This document shows, piece after piece, positions 19,303 through 28,302 of a DNA stretch of 32,000 bases. The stretch is taken from the NCBI GenBank assembly GCA_017510525.1, contig JAFWNC010000024.1, forward strand, positions 1 to 32,000, written 5' to 3'. Each line of letters opens with the position of its first letter. The stretch's first letter is position 1. This DNA is from Clostridia bacterium (GTDB taxonomy: Bacteria > Bacillota > Clostridia > TANB77 > CAG-508). Made by a program: the position numbers and the translations under genes. The notes beneath the pieces were generated by a model. The model had not been told where the DNA came from and did not search any database. It saw nothing but the letters and a program-made list of their open reading frames with translations.

Positions 19303-19767
19303 ATGGAAAAAGAGAAATTTATGAGACAAGCTCTAAAGGAAGCCCAGAAAGCTTTTGAAAAAGAAGAAGTGCCTATTGGAGCTGTTATAGTAAAGGATGG
19401 AAAAGTCATAGCAAGAGCACATAATCTTAAAGAAACCAAGAAAAATACTGTATGTCATGCTGAGATTTTGGCAATTCAAAAAGCTAGCAAAAAGTTAGAT
19501 GCATGGAGATTACAAGATTGTGAGATGTATACAACTCTTGAGCCATGTAGTATGTGCGCAGGAGCAATCATAAATTCAAGAATAAAGAAAATATATATAG
19601 GGACAATGGACGAAAAAACAGGAGCATGTGGATCTGTTTTAAACCTATTAGGAGATTATAAATTTAATCATGAAGTAGAAGTAGAAACAGGAATTTTAGA
19701 AGAAGAATGTAGAAATATTTTACAAGAGTTTTTTAAAAAATTAAGAAAAAATAGGAGGAAGGATTAA
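19303..19767 (+). CDS. tadA: tRNA-specific adenosine deaminase TadA
   Basis: 154-aa ORF with the CDA zinc motifs CHAEILAI and PCSMCAGAI, and typical TadA length. Confidence 0.93.
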   Translation: MEKEKFMRQALKEAQKAFEKEEVPIGAVIVKDGKVIARAHNLKETKKNTVCHAEILAIQKASKKLDAWRLQDCEMYTTLEPCSMCAGAIINSRIKKIYIGTMDEKTGACGSVLNLLGDYKFNHEVEVETGILEEECRNILQEFFKKLRKNRRKD

Positions 19768-19768
19768 T

Positions 19769-20515
19769 TTGGACGAAAACAAAGTAAAAACAATAAAAAA
19801 ATATGGATTTATAGCTTTTATTATAATAATGATAATAATAGTAATATTTCTTATGGTTAGATATCAAGTTGAAGGCGAGAAAAATGTTCCATACGAGATA
19901 TCAAATATTATAATTCAAGGAACAATCGACGGAAAAAGTAATCAAACAGAAAACGTATTTGATATAGATTTAAGCCAAAATAATGATATTTACATATATT
20001 TAGAAAAAAATGATAATTACAAAAAAGAATTAGAAATTAAAAGTGTAAAAATTGAAGACCTTGAAATAGTTGAAAATAATAAACTTGGAGATTTAAAAGT
20101 TTTATTACCAACAGAAAATGAAGTAGAAGCGGCTTTTGTTAAAAGTGAAGAAGACTATTTAGGAAAAACAATAAAATATGTTGGAGATATAGAAAACAAC
20201 ATGAAAGAACAAAAGATTTCCAAAAAAGGTGGAGTAGTTGTTTTTAGAATATCAAATAGCAACATAGGACATTATGTATCAAACAATATAGAAGATGGAG
20301 CGATAGTAGAATATTCAAAATTAATAAAAGAGCTTAATATTAATGAAAAAGACCTGAAATTTAAAGTAAAAATGGATATAGTTATAGAAACTTCAAATGA
20401 TAGTAAATTTAAAACAACAATTGAATTAGATTTACCAACAGAAGATTTTGGAGACAATGGAGTAATCCAAAAGAAAATTAAAGATTGCTCAGACTACATA
20501 TATAAAAGAGTATAA
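19769..20515 (+). CDS. hypothetical membrane-anchored protein
   Basis: 248-aa ORF with a TTG start after an AGGAGG embedded in the tadA 3' end. It has a single N-terminal TM helix (FIAFIIIMIIIVIFLMV) and no recognisable motif. Confidence 0.6.
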   Translation: MDENKVKTIKKYGFIAFIIIMIIIVIFLMVRYQVEGEKNVPYEISNIIIQGTIDGKSNQTENVFDIDLSQNNDIYIYLEKNDNYKKELEIKSVKIEDLEIVENNKLGDLKVLLPTENEVEAAFVKSEEDYLGKTIKYVGDIENNMKEQKISKKGGVVVFRISNSNIGHYVSNNIEDGAIVEYSKLIKELNINEKDLKFKVKMDIVIETSNDSKFKTTIELDLPTEDFGDNGVIQKKIKDCSDYIYKRV

Positions 20516-20550
20516 AATTTCAAAATAATAATTTATATAAAAGTATAAAT

Positions 20551-20576
20551 GTAGGGGCGACCATTGGTCGTCCGTG
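20551..20576 (+). repeat. GTAG-headed REP-like palindrome, variant class
   Basis: GTAGGGGCGACCATTGGTCGTCCGTG. A near-identical inverted copy lies at 20847-20872. Confidence 0.7.
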
Positions 20577-20627
20577 ACTTTTAAAGGGTATCTCCATAGG
20601 AAAAATTTAAAAAACACAAAAATACTA

Positions 20628-20656
20628 TTGATAAAAATTAAAACTCATTATATAAT
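20628..20656 (+). promoter_or_regulatory. promoter of the SRP RNA gene
   Basis: TTGATA (20628-20633), a 17-nt spacer, then TATAAT (20651-20656), just upstream of the SRP RNA 5' helix. Confidence 0.6.
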
Positions 20657-20664
20657 AGCAGATA

Positions 20665-20797
20665 TAATAAATGGTAGCTTTTGTGTGGAGAGTATGTTTC
20701 AATAAAAAGCTATGAACCTCGTCAGATTCGGAAGAAAGCAGCGATAAGTAGTGTATTTATGTGATAACATGCTTTCCACAGAGAAGCTACCATTTTT
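20665..20797 (+). ncRNA. ffs: signal recognition particle RNA, short 4.5S-like form
   Basis: Conserved helix-8 core GTCAGATTCGGAAGAAAGCAGC (E. coli 4.5S has GUCAGGUCCGGAAGGAAGCAGC) with a GGAA tetraloop. The 5' AATGGTAGCTT..GTGTGGAG pairs with the 3' CTTTCCACAGAGAAGCTACCATT. A T-run follows. It occupies the conserved Firmicute position upstream of dnaX. Confidence 0.8.
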
Positions 20798-20798
20798 T

Positions 20799-20820
20799 AT
20801 GGAGAACTCTAGTTCTCCAT
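20799..20820. repeat. GGAGAAC-stem hairpin, same stem as the GTAGCGGAGAAC elements but without the GCTAC head
   Basis: ATGGAGAAC-TCTA-GTTCTCCAT, directly after the SRP RNA T-run. Confidence 0.55.
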
Positions 20821-20822
20821 AA

Positions 20823-20847
20823 GTAGGGGCGTGGCTTGACCCCGCCC
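20823..20847 (+). repeat. GTAG-headed GC-rich REP-like palindrome
   Basis: GTAGGGGCGTGGCTTGACCCCGCCC, abutting the inverted variant copy. Confidence 0.65.
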
Positions 20848-20872
20848 ACGGACGACCAATGGTCGCCCCTAT
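20847..20872 (-). repeat. inverted copy of the 20551 REP-like variant
   Basis: The reverse complement reads ATAGGGGCGACCATTGGTCGTCCGTG, a 25/26 match to 20551-20576. Confidence 0.7.
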
Positions 20873-20889
20873 AATATAAAAAAATCTCT

Positions 20890-20915
20890 GTAGGGGCGGG
20901 TTTCCATGCCCGCCC
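20890..20915 (+). repeat. GTAG-headed GC-rich REP-like palindrome
   Basis: GTAGGGGCGGGTTTCCATGCCCGCCC, 24 nt upstream of the dnaX start. Confidence 0.7.
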
Positions 20916-20938
20916 TTTATACAACAAGGAGGTGAAAA

Positions 20939-22504
20939 ATGGGATATACAGCACTTTATAGAAAATTTAGACCTTTAAAATTTAGCGAAATAGTTGGCCA
21001 AGACGCAATAACAAAAACATTAAAAAATCAAATAATAGCTGATAGAGTTGGACATGCTTACCTATTTAATGGAGGAAGAGGAACAGGAAAAACAACTGCA
21101 GCAAAAATATTATCAAGAGCTGTAAACTGTTTAAATCCAAAAGATGGAGAACCATGTAATGAATGTGAAATCTGTAAAGAAATAATAAATGGATCTTTAA
21201 CAGATGTTGTAGAAATGGACGCAGCATCAAATAATAGTGTTGAAGATATAAGAGGAATAAGAGAAGAAGTCAACTTTTTACCAACAAAAGCTAAATATAG
21301 AGTATATATAATAGATGAGGTACATATGCTTTCAACAGGAGCTTTTAATGCATTATTAAAAACATTAGAAGAACCACCTGAACATGTAAAATTTATATTA
21401 GCAACAACAGAGCCTCAGAAATTACCGGCGACAATTTTGTCTAGATGTCAAAGATTTGATTTTAAAAGAATATCAAATGAAGATGTAATAAAGAGATTAA
21501 AAATAATTTCAGATGAGTCAAAAATCAACATTGAAGAAAATGCACTAAGAACAATAGCTGTATTATCAGAAGGCGCAATGAGAGATGCTATAAGCATTTT
21601 AGAAAGATGCCTTCAAGAAGGAGAAGACGTAATAACTGATGATATGGTAAAAGAATTAGCTGGAGTACCTAAGTTAGAATATATAAACAGAATAATAAAT
21701 AGTATCTCAAATGGAGACAAAGAACAAACATTGGAACTAACAGAAGAAATTTTAAAAGAGGGCAAAGATTTATATTATTTCTTATGGGAAATGATTAAAT
21801 ATTTAAAAGATATACTTGTCTTTAAGTCAAAAGGAAAATTAAATCTCTACAATGAAGGCGAATTGAAACAAATTGAAGAACTAAGTAATAAATTTTCTAA
21901 AGAAGGACTATTTGAAATGATTTATAGTTTATCAGAACTAGAAAACAATATAAAATGGTCTACACAAAAAAATATAATGTTTCAAACAGGAATATTAAAA
22001 TTAATGAATAAGAATACAAGTGAAGACTTGGAAGATAGAGTATTAAAGCTAGAAGAAAAAATAAACAATATTGGCAGTATTCAAGTAAAACAAGAACCAG
22101 TAAAAAAGACACCAGAAATAAGTAATAAAACAGAAGATAATACGCCAAAACCTGTTAAAAAGCCAGAAAAAACCAATATACCTTCTAATAGTAAAAGTGC
22201 AGATTTTTGGTCAAATGTAATAAATATTCTAAAATCAAAAGGTAAAATAACACTATTTACAAACTTAATAGGAACAAAAGCGATACAATTGAATGAAATA
22301 CAACTTGGAATTTCAGGTCTTACACCATTTGGAAAAAGAGTAATAGAAGATCCAACTAATAGAAGAGAAATAGAAACTGCAATTTTCCAAGAAACGGGAA
22401 AAGAAATGCAAATAAGGGTTGTTGAAGAGACGAAAAACAGTAATAATCCAAATGATAACACAAATGGAATGTCAGACATACCATTTAATATTATAGATGA
22501 GTAA
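20939..22504 (+). CDS. dnaX: DNA polymerase III subunit gamma/tau
   Basis: 521-aa ORF with Walker A GGRGTGKTT, a zinc module CNECEIC, DEVHMLS and SRCQRFDF. RBS AAGGAGG. Confidence 0.95.
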   Translation: MGYTALYRKFRPLKFSEIVGQDAITKTLKNQIIADRVGHAYLFNGGRGTGKTTAAKILSRAVNCLNPKDGEPCNECEICKEIINGSLTDVVEMDAASNNSVEDIRGIREEVNFLPTKAKYRVYIIDEVHMLSTGAFNALLKTLEEPPEHVKFILATTEPQKLPATILSRCQRFDFKRISNEDVIKRLKIISDESKINIEENALRTIAVLSEGAMRDAISILERCLQEGEDVITDDMVKELAGVPKLEYINRIINSISNGDKEQTLELTEEILKEGKDLYYFLWEMIKYLKDILVFKSKGKLNLYNEGELKQIEELSNKFSKEGLFEMIYSLSELENNIKWSTQKNIMFQTGILKLMNKNTSEDLEDRVLKLEEKINNIGSIQVKQEPVKKTPEISNKTEDNTPKPVKKPEKTNIPSNSKSADFWSNVINILKSKGKITLFTNLIGTKAIQLNEIQLGISGLTPFGKRVIEDPTNRREIETAIFQETGKEMQIRVVEETKNSNNPNDNTNGMSDIPFNIIDE

Positions 22505-22518
22505 AGGAGGAAAATAAA

Positions 22519-22866
22519 ATGTCAAAAAGAGGAGGATTTCCAGGAGGAATGGGAGGTTTCCCAGGAGGAATGAATATTAACAAACTAATGAAAGAAGCTA
22601 AGAAAATGCAAGCAGATATGGAGAAAACACAAGAAGAAATATCAGCTAGAGATTTTGAAAACTCTGTAGGTGGAGGAGCTGTTTACGTTAAAGTAAATGG
22701 AAACAGAGAATTAAAAGAAATAAAGATTAAACCAGAAGTAGTTGATCCAGAAGATATAGAAACACTTCAAGATTTAATTCTTACATGTGTAAACGGAGCG
22801 ATTAATAAAGTTGATAATGCTACAGCTGAAAGTATGGGAAAATTTAATATTCCAGGATTTATGTAG
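22519..22866 (+). CDS. ybaB: YbaB/EbfC family nucleoid-associated protein
   Basis: 115-aa ORF in the conserved dnaX-ybaB-recR arrangement, with the core ...GGGAVYVKVNGNRELKEIKIKPEVVDPEDIETLQDLI. The N-terminus carries a 21-nt tandem duplication (GGFPGGM twice). Confidence 0.92.
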   Translation: MSKRGGFPGGMGGFPGGMNINKLMKEAKKMQADMEKTQEEISARDFENSVGGGAVYVKVNGNRELKEIKIKPEVVDPEDIETLQDLILTCVNGAINKVDNATAESMGKFNIPGFM

Positions 22867-22881
22867 AAAGGAAAAACAAAG

Positions 22882-23481
22882 ATGTCATATTATGCACCAT
22901 CAATAGAAAAACTAATTGAAAGCTTTGAAAGACTACCAAGTATAGGACACAAAACAGCTGTAAGACTTGCTTTTCATATGTTAGACCTAAATCAACAAGA
23001 AACAGAGGAATTCATAAATTCTATAAAAGAAGCTAAGGAAAAGTTAAAATATTGTTCAGTATGTTTTAATATTACAGATACAGATCCATGCCCAATATGT
23101 TCTAGTCCCAAAAGAGATCAATCAACCATATGTGTTGTAGAAGATGTTAGAGATATAATGGCAATGGAAAGAACACATGAATATAAAGGTGTATATCATG
23201 TATTACATGGAACGATTTCACCAATGAATGGAATAGGACCAGATGATATAAAAATAAAAGAATTAATTTCAAGGCTTTCAAATGATCAAATAAAAGAAGT
23301 AATAATTGCTACAAACCCTAGAGTAGAAGGAGAAGCAACTTCAATATATTTATCAAAAATAATAAAACCATTAGGAGTTAAAGTTACAAGAATAGCTCAT
23401 GGAATCCCAGTAGGAGGAGACCTTGAATATACTGATGAGATAACATTAATGAAAGCCATGGAAGGAAGAAGAGAATTATAA
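22882..23481 (+). CDS. recR: recombination protein RecR
   Basis: 199-aa ORF with a helix-hairpin-helix [15 protein letters not shown], a Cys4 zinc finger [16 protein letters not shown] and a Toprim domain [13 protein letters not shown]. Confidence 0.96.
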   Translation: MSYYAPSIEKLIESFERLPSIGHKTAVRLAFHMLDLNQQETEEFINSIKEAKEKLKYCSVCFNITDTDPCPICSSPKRDQSTICVVEDVRDIMAMERTHEYKGVYHVLHGTISPMNGIGPDDIKIKELISRLSNDQIKEVIIATNPRVEGEATSIYLSKIIKPLGVKVTRIAHGIPVGGDLEYTDEITLMKAMEGRREL

Positions 23482-23484
23482 AAA

Positions 23485-23516
23485 TTATCCACAAAACATG
23501 CATAACCTGTGGATAA
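23485..23516. promoter_or_regulatory. two perfect consensus DnaA boxes in inverted orientation
   Basis: TTATCCACA at 23485-23493 and TGTGGATAA at 23508-23516, separated by 14 nt, immediately after the recR stop. No T-run follows, so this is not a typical terminator. Confidence 0.6.
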
Positions 23517-23525
23517 CTATAAATT

Positions 23526-23563
23526 AAAACCTAGATTTGCGTAAGAAAATCCAGGTTTTTTTA
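23526..23563 (+). terminator. rho-independent terminator of the dnaX-ybaB-recR operon
   Basis: 13-bp stem AAAACCTAGATTT / AAATCCAGGTTTT (one mismatch) followed by TTTTTTT. Confidence 0.7.
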
Positions 23564-23716
23564 TTATATTTGTAACTAAAAAATAATGAAAATAATATAA
23601 AGACAGGAAAACATTGAAGCTCTAATAAATTAAGTGAAATAAAATAATAATGTATATTGCTTTTTATAAAAAAATAGTTATTATTACTTATAATAAGAAG
23701 AAAAAGGAGAAAAACT

Positions 23717-26700
23717 ATGAGAAAAAGATTGTTATTTATCATAATCCTAATACTTATAATACCATTGTTTTATATGTTAATATTAACAAAAGAGAAAACA
23801 AACATAAAAAACATATCAGAACCTGAGAAAAACGAAATACAACAATTTTCAGGTACTTGGGCTGAAGTTGAAGGTGCTAAATATGGATATTACTATGATT
23901 TTAACGTTATGGGAATAAAAATATCTGAGGTAGTACTGTATGATGACGAAGTAATAATTCCTGAAACTATTGGTAACTATACAGTCAAAGGGATAGATAA
24001 TAGAGCATTTATAAATAATACATATATAAAAAGTGTAACTATACCTAAAACAGTGGAATATATAGGTGAAAGTGCATTTGAAGGTTGTACCAATTTAACA
24101 AAAGTAAAATTTAAAGATATACAAGACTCACAACTATTTAGAATAGATGATAATGCATTTAAAGATTGTATAAATTTAAAATCAATAGTTTTACCAAAAA
24201 ATCTAGTATTTATTAATGAGTATGTATTTGAGGGCTGTTCGAACTTAAGATCTGTTATATATAATCATAGAGAAGAAACAAGTTCAAAAGCATTTTTCAA
24301 AACAAATTCGTCAGATTTATATTTAATATATTACAATGATGTTGATGGATATAGAGGAGAATACAGTTATTTGGATGATCCATTATTGTTTGTAAGAACA
24401 GAAGAAATAACTGAATCAGATCTTATAACAATTAATAAAGATGGTTTATATGCATCCATAGAAATAGGGCGAGTACTAGAAAATGCAGATCCAAACAATA
24501 CATTAGGATTTACATTAAAGTATAAAACAAATAATGATGAAGAGATACCATGTGATAACAATAAAAGAGTTAGAATAGATGATGATCTAAAAGTTTTAAC
24601 TGCAAATCTATATTTAAATGGAGAAATATTTGCATCAGCATATTTACTAAATTTTGATTTGCAAGCACCTTACATATCAAATCCAAATGAAGGAAAATGG
24701 ACAAATAAACCATTTAGGCTAATATTATCATCAGGTGAAAACGAAGAATACATAGATCATTATGAATATAAATATTCTGGTTCGGATTGGATTAAATATG
24801 GACAACTACTTAAAGTAGAGGACGGAGTTCAAACAACAAATTTCGAGCTAGAAAGAAATGAATATGTTTATATAAGAGCTGTAGACATTACTGGAAGGAT
24901 TTCTCCAGAAAGAAATACAATGATACAAATTGACACAACAGAACCAGAAACACCAACAATTCAAAATCCTAATAATCAAAAATGGGTAAATGAAATATAT
25001 AGTATAAACTTAAAATCAAAAGATAACTTAAGTGGATTAGATCATTTTGAATATGGATACATGAACAAAGAAACAAATGAAATAGATTGGCATCCATATA
25101 ATCAACTAGGTGATAATGTAACCAGTATGGATACAACACCATTTCAACACGACAGACAAGAAGCAGTTTATATAAAAGCTGTTGATAAAGCAGGAAATGA
25201 ATCAAAAGCAAGTACAACTGAAATTTGGCTTGATAAAATTCAACCTAAAATTTCAAAAATAACTCTGACTACTGATAATAAAATTACTATAACAGCAAAT
25301 GATCCAAAAGATAAAGACACAAACACTCACAGTAACATAGCAGGTTTTATAGTAACTGAAACAAATGAACAACCAAGTATAACTTCAAATTCATGGAAAA
25401 ACCTAAATATAACTGTTGATTCAGCAATAAACTTTACTACTGAAGAAACATTTGAAAATGGAAAAAAATATTATGTATGGCTAAAAGATAACGCTGGAAA
25501 CATTTCATTACCTGCACAAATAAAAATAAAAACAAGTATTGAACCACCTAAACCAAAAGAAGGATTAGAATATAGTGGACAAGAACAAACAGGAGTAGAA
25601 GAAGGAGAAGGATACACAGTAACAAACGGAAAAGCTACTAATGCAAATGTTGGCGACGATGTTTATATTGCAACAATAGAATTAAAAGATAAAACAAATA
25701 CAGAATGGTCAACAGGAGGAACAGAAAATATAACAATACCATGGAGAATAGAAAGAGCAAAAACAGCAGAAGTATCAGCAGAAAACAAACAATATACAGG
25801 AAATGAAATAACAGGAGTAACAGGTCAAAATGTAACATTAACAGGAACAACAAAAGAAAATAAAGTTGGAGAATATACAGCAACAGCAACACCAGCATCG
25901 AATTATGCATGGGAAGATGGAACAACAACAGAAAGAACACTAACATGGAAAATCTACTATAAAGTTACATATCAGAAAGAGACAAATGTAACTAGAATAG
26001 AAAAAAACGGAAATGAAATTGAACAAGAAGAAATTACAGGTAGACAGTTAATATTACCAGAAATAATTGTTCCTGAAGGATATACAGGAAAATGGTATAA
26101 CGGAGATAATTTGATAGGAGCTCCAGGAGCAGAATATACAATAGACAATAATATAACACTAACAGCAAAAGCAGAAGCAAATACATATACAGTAAACTTT
26201 GATAGTAATGGAGGATCACAAGCAAGCCCAACAAGTATAACAAAGAAATATGGAGAAACGATAGGCACATTGCCAACAACAACAAAAGATGGTGACATAT
26301 TTAAAGGATGGTGGACAGCCCAAACAGGTGGAGAACAAATAACAGCAGATACAACAATGCCACTAAACGGAGCAACATATTATGCACACTGGGAAAAAGA
26401 ATCGGATGAAGAATATATTAATTTTGGTAATTATGAAGAAGATGGAAATAGCAATTATATTGAAAAAATACCAGTAAATACAAGTTATCAAACATTAAAA
26501 AATAATATCCAAACAAATATGCAAATAAGAATAAACAATAAAGAAAATACCGACTTAATAAAAACAGGAGACAAACTAATTGTAACAGGAAACAATACAG
26601 AAACAATATATACACTAATAGTTACAGGAGATACCAATAAAGACGGAAAAGCAGATATACACGATATATTTGCAATAAACAAACATAGAAGAGGAAAAGT

Positions 26701-26815
26701 ATTACTACAAAATGAAAGCCTAAAAGCCGGAGACGTAACAGGAGATGGAAAAGCAGATATACATGATATATTTAAAATAAATAAATTCAGGAGAGGAAAA
26801 ATAAGTTCTCTATAA
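23717..26815 (+). CDS. large secreted surface protein with BspA-type leucine-rich repeats, Ig-like repeats, Listeria-Bacteroides (InlB B-type) repeats and a C-terminal type-I-like dockerin
   Basis: 1032-aa ORF with an N-terminal signal/TM helix. LRR_5-like units are present (IPETIGNYTVKGIDNRAFINNTYIKSVTIPKTVEYIGESAFEGC...). Repeated modules end in ..VYI(R/K)AVD..G. The repeats ...TGKWYNGD... and ...FKGWWTAQTGG... are present. Two EF-hand-like dockerin segments, GDTNKDGKADIHDIFAINKHRRGK and GDVTGDGKADIHDIFKINKFRRGK, lie at 26627-26812. Confidence 0.85.
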   Translation: MRKRLLFIIILILIIPLFYMLILTKEKTNIKNISEPEKNEIQQFSGTWAEVEGAKYGYYYDFNVMGIKISEVVLYDDEVIIPETIGNYTVKGIDNRAFINNTYIKSVTIPKTVEYIGESAFEGCTNLTKVKFKDIQDSQLFRIDDNAFKDCINLKSIVLPKNLVFINEYVFEGCSNLRSVIYNHREETSSKAFFKTNSSDLYLIYYNDVDGYRGEYSYLDDPLLFVRTEEITESDLITINKDGLYASIEIGRVLENADPNNTLGFTLKYKTNNDEEIPCDNNKRVRIDDDLKVLTANLYLNGEIFASAYLLNFDLQAPYISNPNEGKWTNKPFRLILSSGENEEYIDHYEYKYSGSDWIKYGQLLKVEDGVQTTNFELERNEYVYIRAVDITGRISPERNTMIQIDTTEPETPTIQNPNNQKWVNEIYSINLKSKDNLSGLDHFEYGYMNKETNEIDWHPYNQLGDNVTSMDTTPFQHDRQEAVYIKAVDKAGNESKASTTEIWLDKIQPKISKITLTTDNKITITANDPKDKDTNTHSNIAGFIVTETNEQPSITSNSWKNLNITVDSAINFTTEETFENGKKYYVWLKDNAGNISLPAQIKIKTSIEPPKPKEGLEYSGQEQTGVEEGEGYTVTNGKATNANVGDDVYIATIELKDKTNTEWSTGGTENITIPWRIERAKTAEVSAENKQYTGNEITGVTGQNVTLTGTTKENKVGEYTATATPASNYAWEDGTTTERTLTWKIYYKVTYQKETNVTRIEKNGNEIEQEEITGRQLILPEIIVPEGYTGKWYNGDNLIGAPGAEYTIDNNITLTAKAEANTYTVNFDSNGGSQASPTSITKKYGETIGTLPTTTKDGDIFKGWWTAQTGGEQITADTTMPLNGATYYAHWEKESDEEYINFGNYEEDGNSNYIEKIPVNTSYQTLKNNIQTNMQIRINNKENTDLIKTGDKLIVTGNNTETIYTLIVTGDTNKDGKADIHDIFAINKHRRGKVLLQNESLKAGDVTGDGKADIHDIFKINKFRRGKISSL

Positions 26816-26834
26816 AGAAGAGGCTTTGCCACAT

Positions 26835-26857
26835 GGAGAACTAGAGTTCTCCGCTAC
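26835..26857 (-). repeat. GTAGCGGA-headed REP-like hairpin
   Basis: The reverse complement reads GTAGCGGAGAACTCTAGTTCTCC, nearly identical to 6748-6770. Confidence 0.7.
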
Positions 26858-26877
26858 GATACTTTGATTTTTAATTT

Positions 26878-26900
26878 GTAGCGGAGCTAAAGTATTGCTC
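26878..26900 (+). repeat. GTAGCGGA-headed REP-like hairpin
   Basis: GTAGCGGAGCTAAAGTATTGCTC, with the same sequence as 28195-28217. It is head-to-head with 26835-26857. Confidence 0.7.
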
Positions 26901-26907
26901 AATAATA

Positions 26908-26935
26908 ATAGCGGACATTTTTAAATGTCCGCTAT
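26908..26935. repeat. perfect palindrome ATAGCGGACA-TTTTTAAA-TGTCCGCTAT, a probable shared terminator between convergent genes
   Basis: 10-bp perfect arms. It overlaps the last four codons and the stop of the minus-strand glycosyltransferase gene. Confidence 0.6.
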
Positions 26936-28057
26936 TAGTTTATTACAAATATCAGCTGTTGAATTAGGCTTTGCCAAATTAGGAATATTATTTTTCATTT
27001 CTTCAATAATTTCAGGATGCCTATAAAGATTTTTTAGAAATCTTGCAACATTATCATCTTTTTTTAGCCAAACTGCAACCTTATTTTTAACAAGAAATTC
27101 AGCATTTTCTTCCTCTTGACCTGGAATAGGATTAGTAATAATAATTGGAAGCCCAGAAACTAAGCTTTCAGTAATAGTAAGGCCACCTGGTTTGGTTATA
27201 ACCATATTAGAAATACTCATTAATTCAGGAACTTTATTAGTATAATCCAAAACAACAACTCTATCTTCAGCATGATATAAAGAAACAATTTCTTTAAACT
27301 TATGATTCATTCTTATATTTTTACCAGAGATTGCAATAATTTGAAAATTCTTAAATAGACGAATAAGAGCACGTAAAATCATACGTGTTTTTTTTCTACC
27401 TAAGCCAAATTCACCACCAGCAAAAAACAAAACAGTATTTTTTTCTGGATCTAAATTAAACTCCTTAAAAATAGCTTCTTTATCAAAATTGCGATTCAAA
27501 AATCTGCCAGACAAAGGAATTCCAGTAACAAAAATCTTGTTACAATCTATATTATATTTTGTAACTAAAGTTTTTTTCATTTCTTTATTAGCAACAAAAA
27601 AATAATCTAAAAATTCACAGTTTACAAGCCATTGACCATGAGGAGCCATATCAGTCATAACAGTAGCTATAGGACAAGTGATCTTACCTTTTTTCTTTAA
27701 ATCAGTACACATATTATTAGAAAAAGGAAGAGTCGAGATAATTAAATCAGGCTCAATTTCTTGAATAAGCTTATTCAATTTTCTAGCCATAATTTTATTA
27801 GACTGATCAGAAATCTTTGAAAGAGCACCATGATCAGAATTACTATAAACCTTTTTCCACATCCAAGGAGCAACCTTAGCCATTTCCTTATAAGCAGTTG
27901 TAGAAACTTTATTTACATATTTATTAACATATTCGATACAGTCAAACATAGTAGCTTCAACGTCTTTATAATTAGAATCAATATATTCCTTAATAGACCT
28001 AGCAGCAGCTAAATGACCTCCACCATATGTTCCATAAAAAATCAAAACTTTTTTCAT
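26921..28057 (-). CDS. GT28-family diacylglycerol glycosyltransferase (MGDG synthase / UgtP-like)
   Basis: 378-aa ORF with the N-terminal motif KVLIFYGTYGGGHLAAARSI and the C-terminal ...ITKPGGLTITESLVSGLPIII...GQEEENAEFL, typical of the MGDG_synth and Glyco_tran_28_C domains. Confidence 0.8.
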   Translation of the reverse strand: MKKVLIFYGTYGGGHLAAARSIKEYIDSNYKDVEATMFDCIEYVNKYVNKVSTTAYKEMAKVAPWMWKKVYSNSDHGALSKISDQSNKIMARKLNKLIQEIEPDLIISTLPFSNNMCTDLKKKGKITCPIATVMTDMAPHGQWLVNCEFLDYFFVANKEMKKTLVTKYNIDCNKIFVTGIPLSGRFLNRNFDKEAIFKEFNLDPEKNTVLFFAGGEFGLGRKKTRMILRALIRLFKNFQIIAISGKNIRMNHKFKEIVSLYHAEDRVVVLDYTNKVPELMSISNMVITKPGGLTITESLVSGLPIIITNPIPGQEEENAEFLVKNKVAVWLKKDDNVARFLKNLYRHPEIIEEMKNNIPNLAKPNSTADICNKLIADI

Positions 28058-28194
28058 AAACGATCTCCAAAATATATTTTAACAATTATAACATATTTAT
28101 AAAAAAATATACAAATTTTGAATAAATTAATAAAAAATAGAAAAAATAAACCCAAAATGTATGGCACTTATATAAATAATATTACATTATTTTC

Positions 28195-28218
28195 GTAGCG
28201 GAGCTAAAGTATTGCTCC
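28195..28218 (+). repeat. GTAGCGGA-headed REP-like hairpin
   Basis: GTAGCGGAGCTAAAGTATTGCTCC, a duplicate of 26878-26900. Confidence 0.7.
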
Positions 28219-28242
28219 ATACTTCAAAGGCCAGCCCAATCT

Positions 28243-28268
28243 GTAGGGGCGAGTTTCCATGCTCGCCC
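28243..28268 (+). repeat. GTAG-headed GC-rich REP-like palindrome
   Basis: GTAGGGGCGAGTTTCCATGCTCGCCC. The stem shows compensatory changes relative to GGGCGGG/CCCGCCC in the other copies. Confidence 0.7.
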
Positions 28269-28302
28269 ACTTACAAAGAAATACCTAAAAAGGAGAAAAA
28301 CA

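Noticed and set aside
18974-20915. GC-rich repeats considered as a possible CRISPR array
   Set aside because: The copies are palindromic and occur in both orientations with irregular spacing (55 nt to kilobases). They are interleaved with genes, and no cas genes are present. This fits REP-like elements, not CRISPR.
22531-22572. 21-nt tandem duplication (GGFPGGM twice) at the ybaB 5' end as a possible slippage or phase-variation site
   Set aside because: The two units are in frame and already diverged at three positions, and only two copies are present. A Gly-rich N-terminal extension is harmless, so nothing suggests switching.
24367-26832. A series of minus-strand ORFs (24367-24561, 24969-25217, 25638-25946, 25972-26298, 26034-26285, 26418-26615, 26488-26832) inside the surface-protein gene
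   Set aside because: All are antisense to a 1032-aa ORF with clear domain architecture. Their Leu/Phe/Ser-rich translations are artefacts of the purine-rich sense strand.
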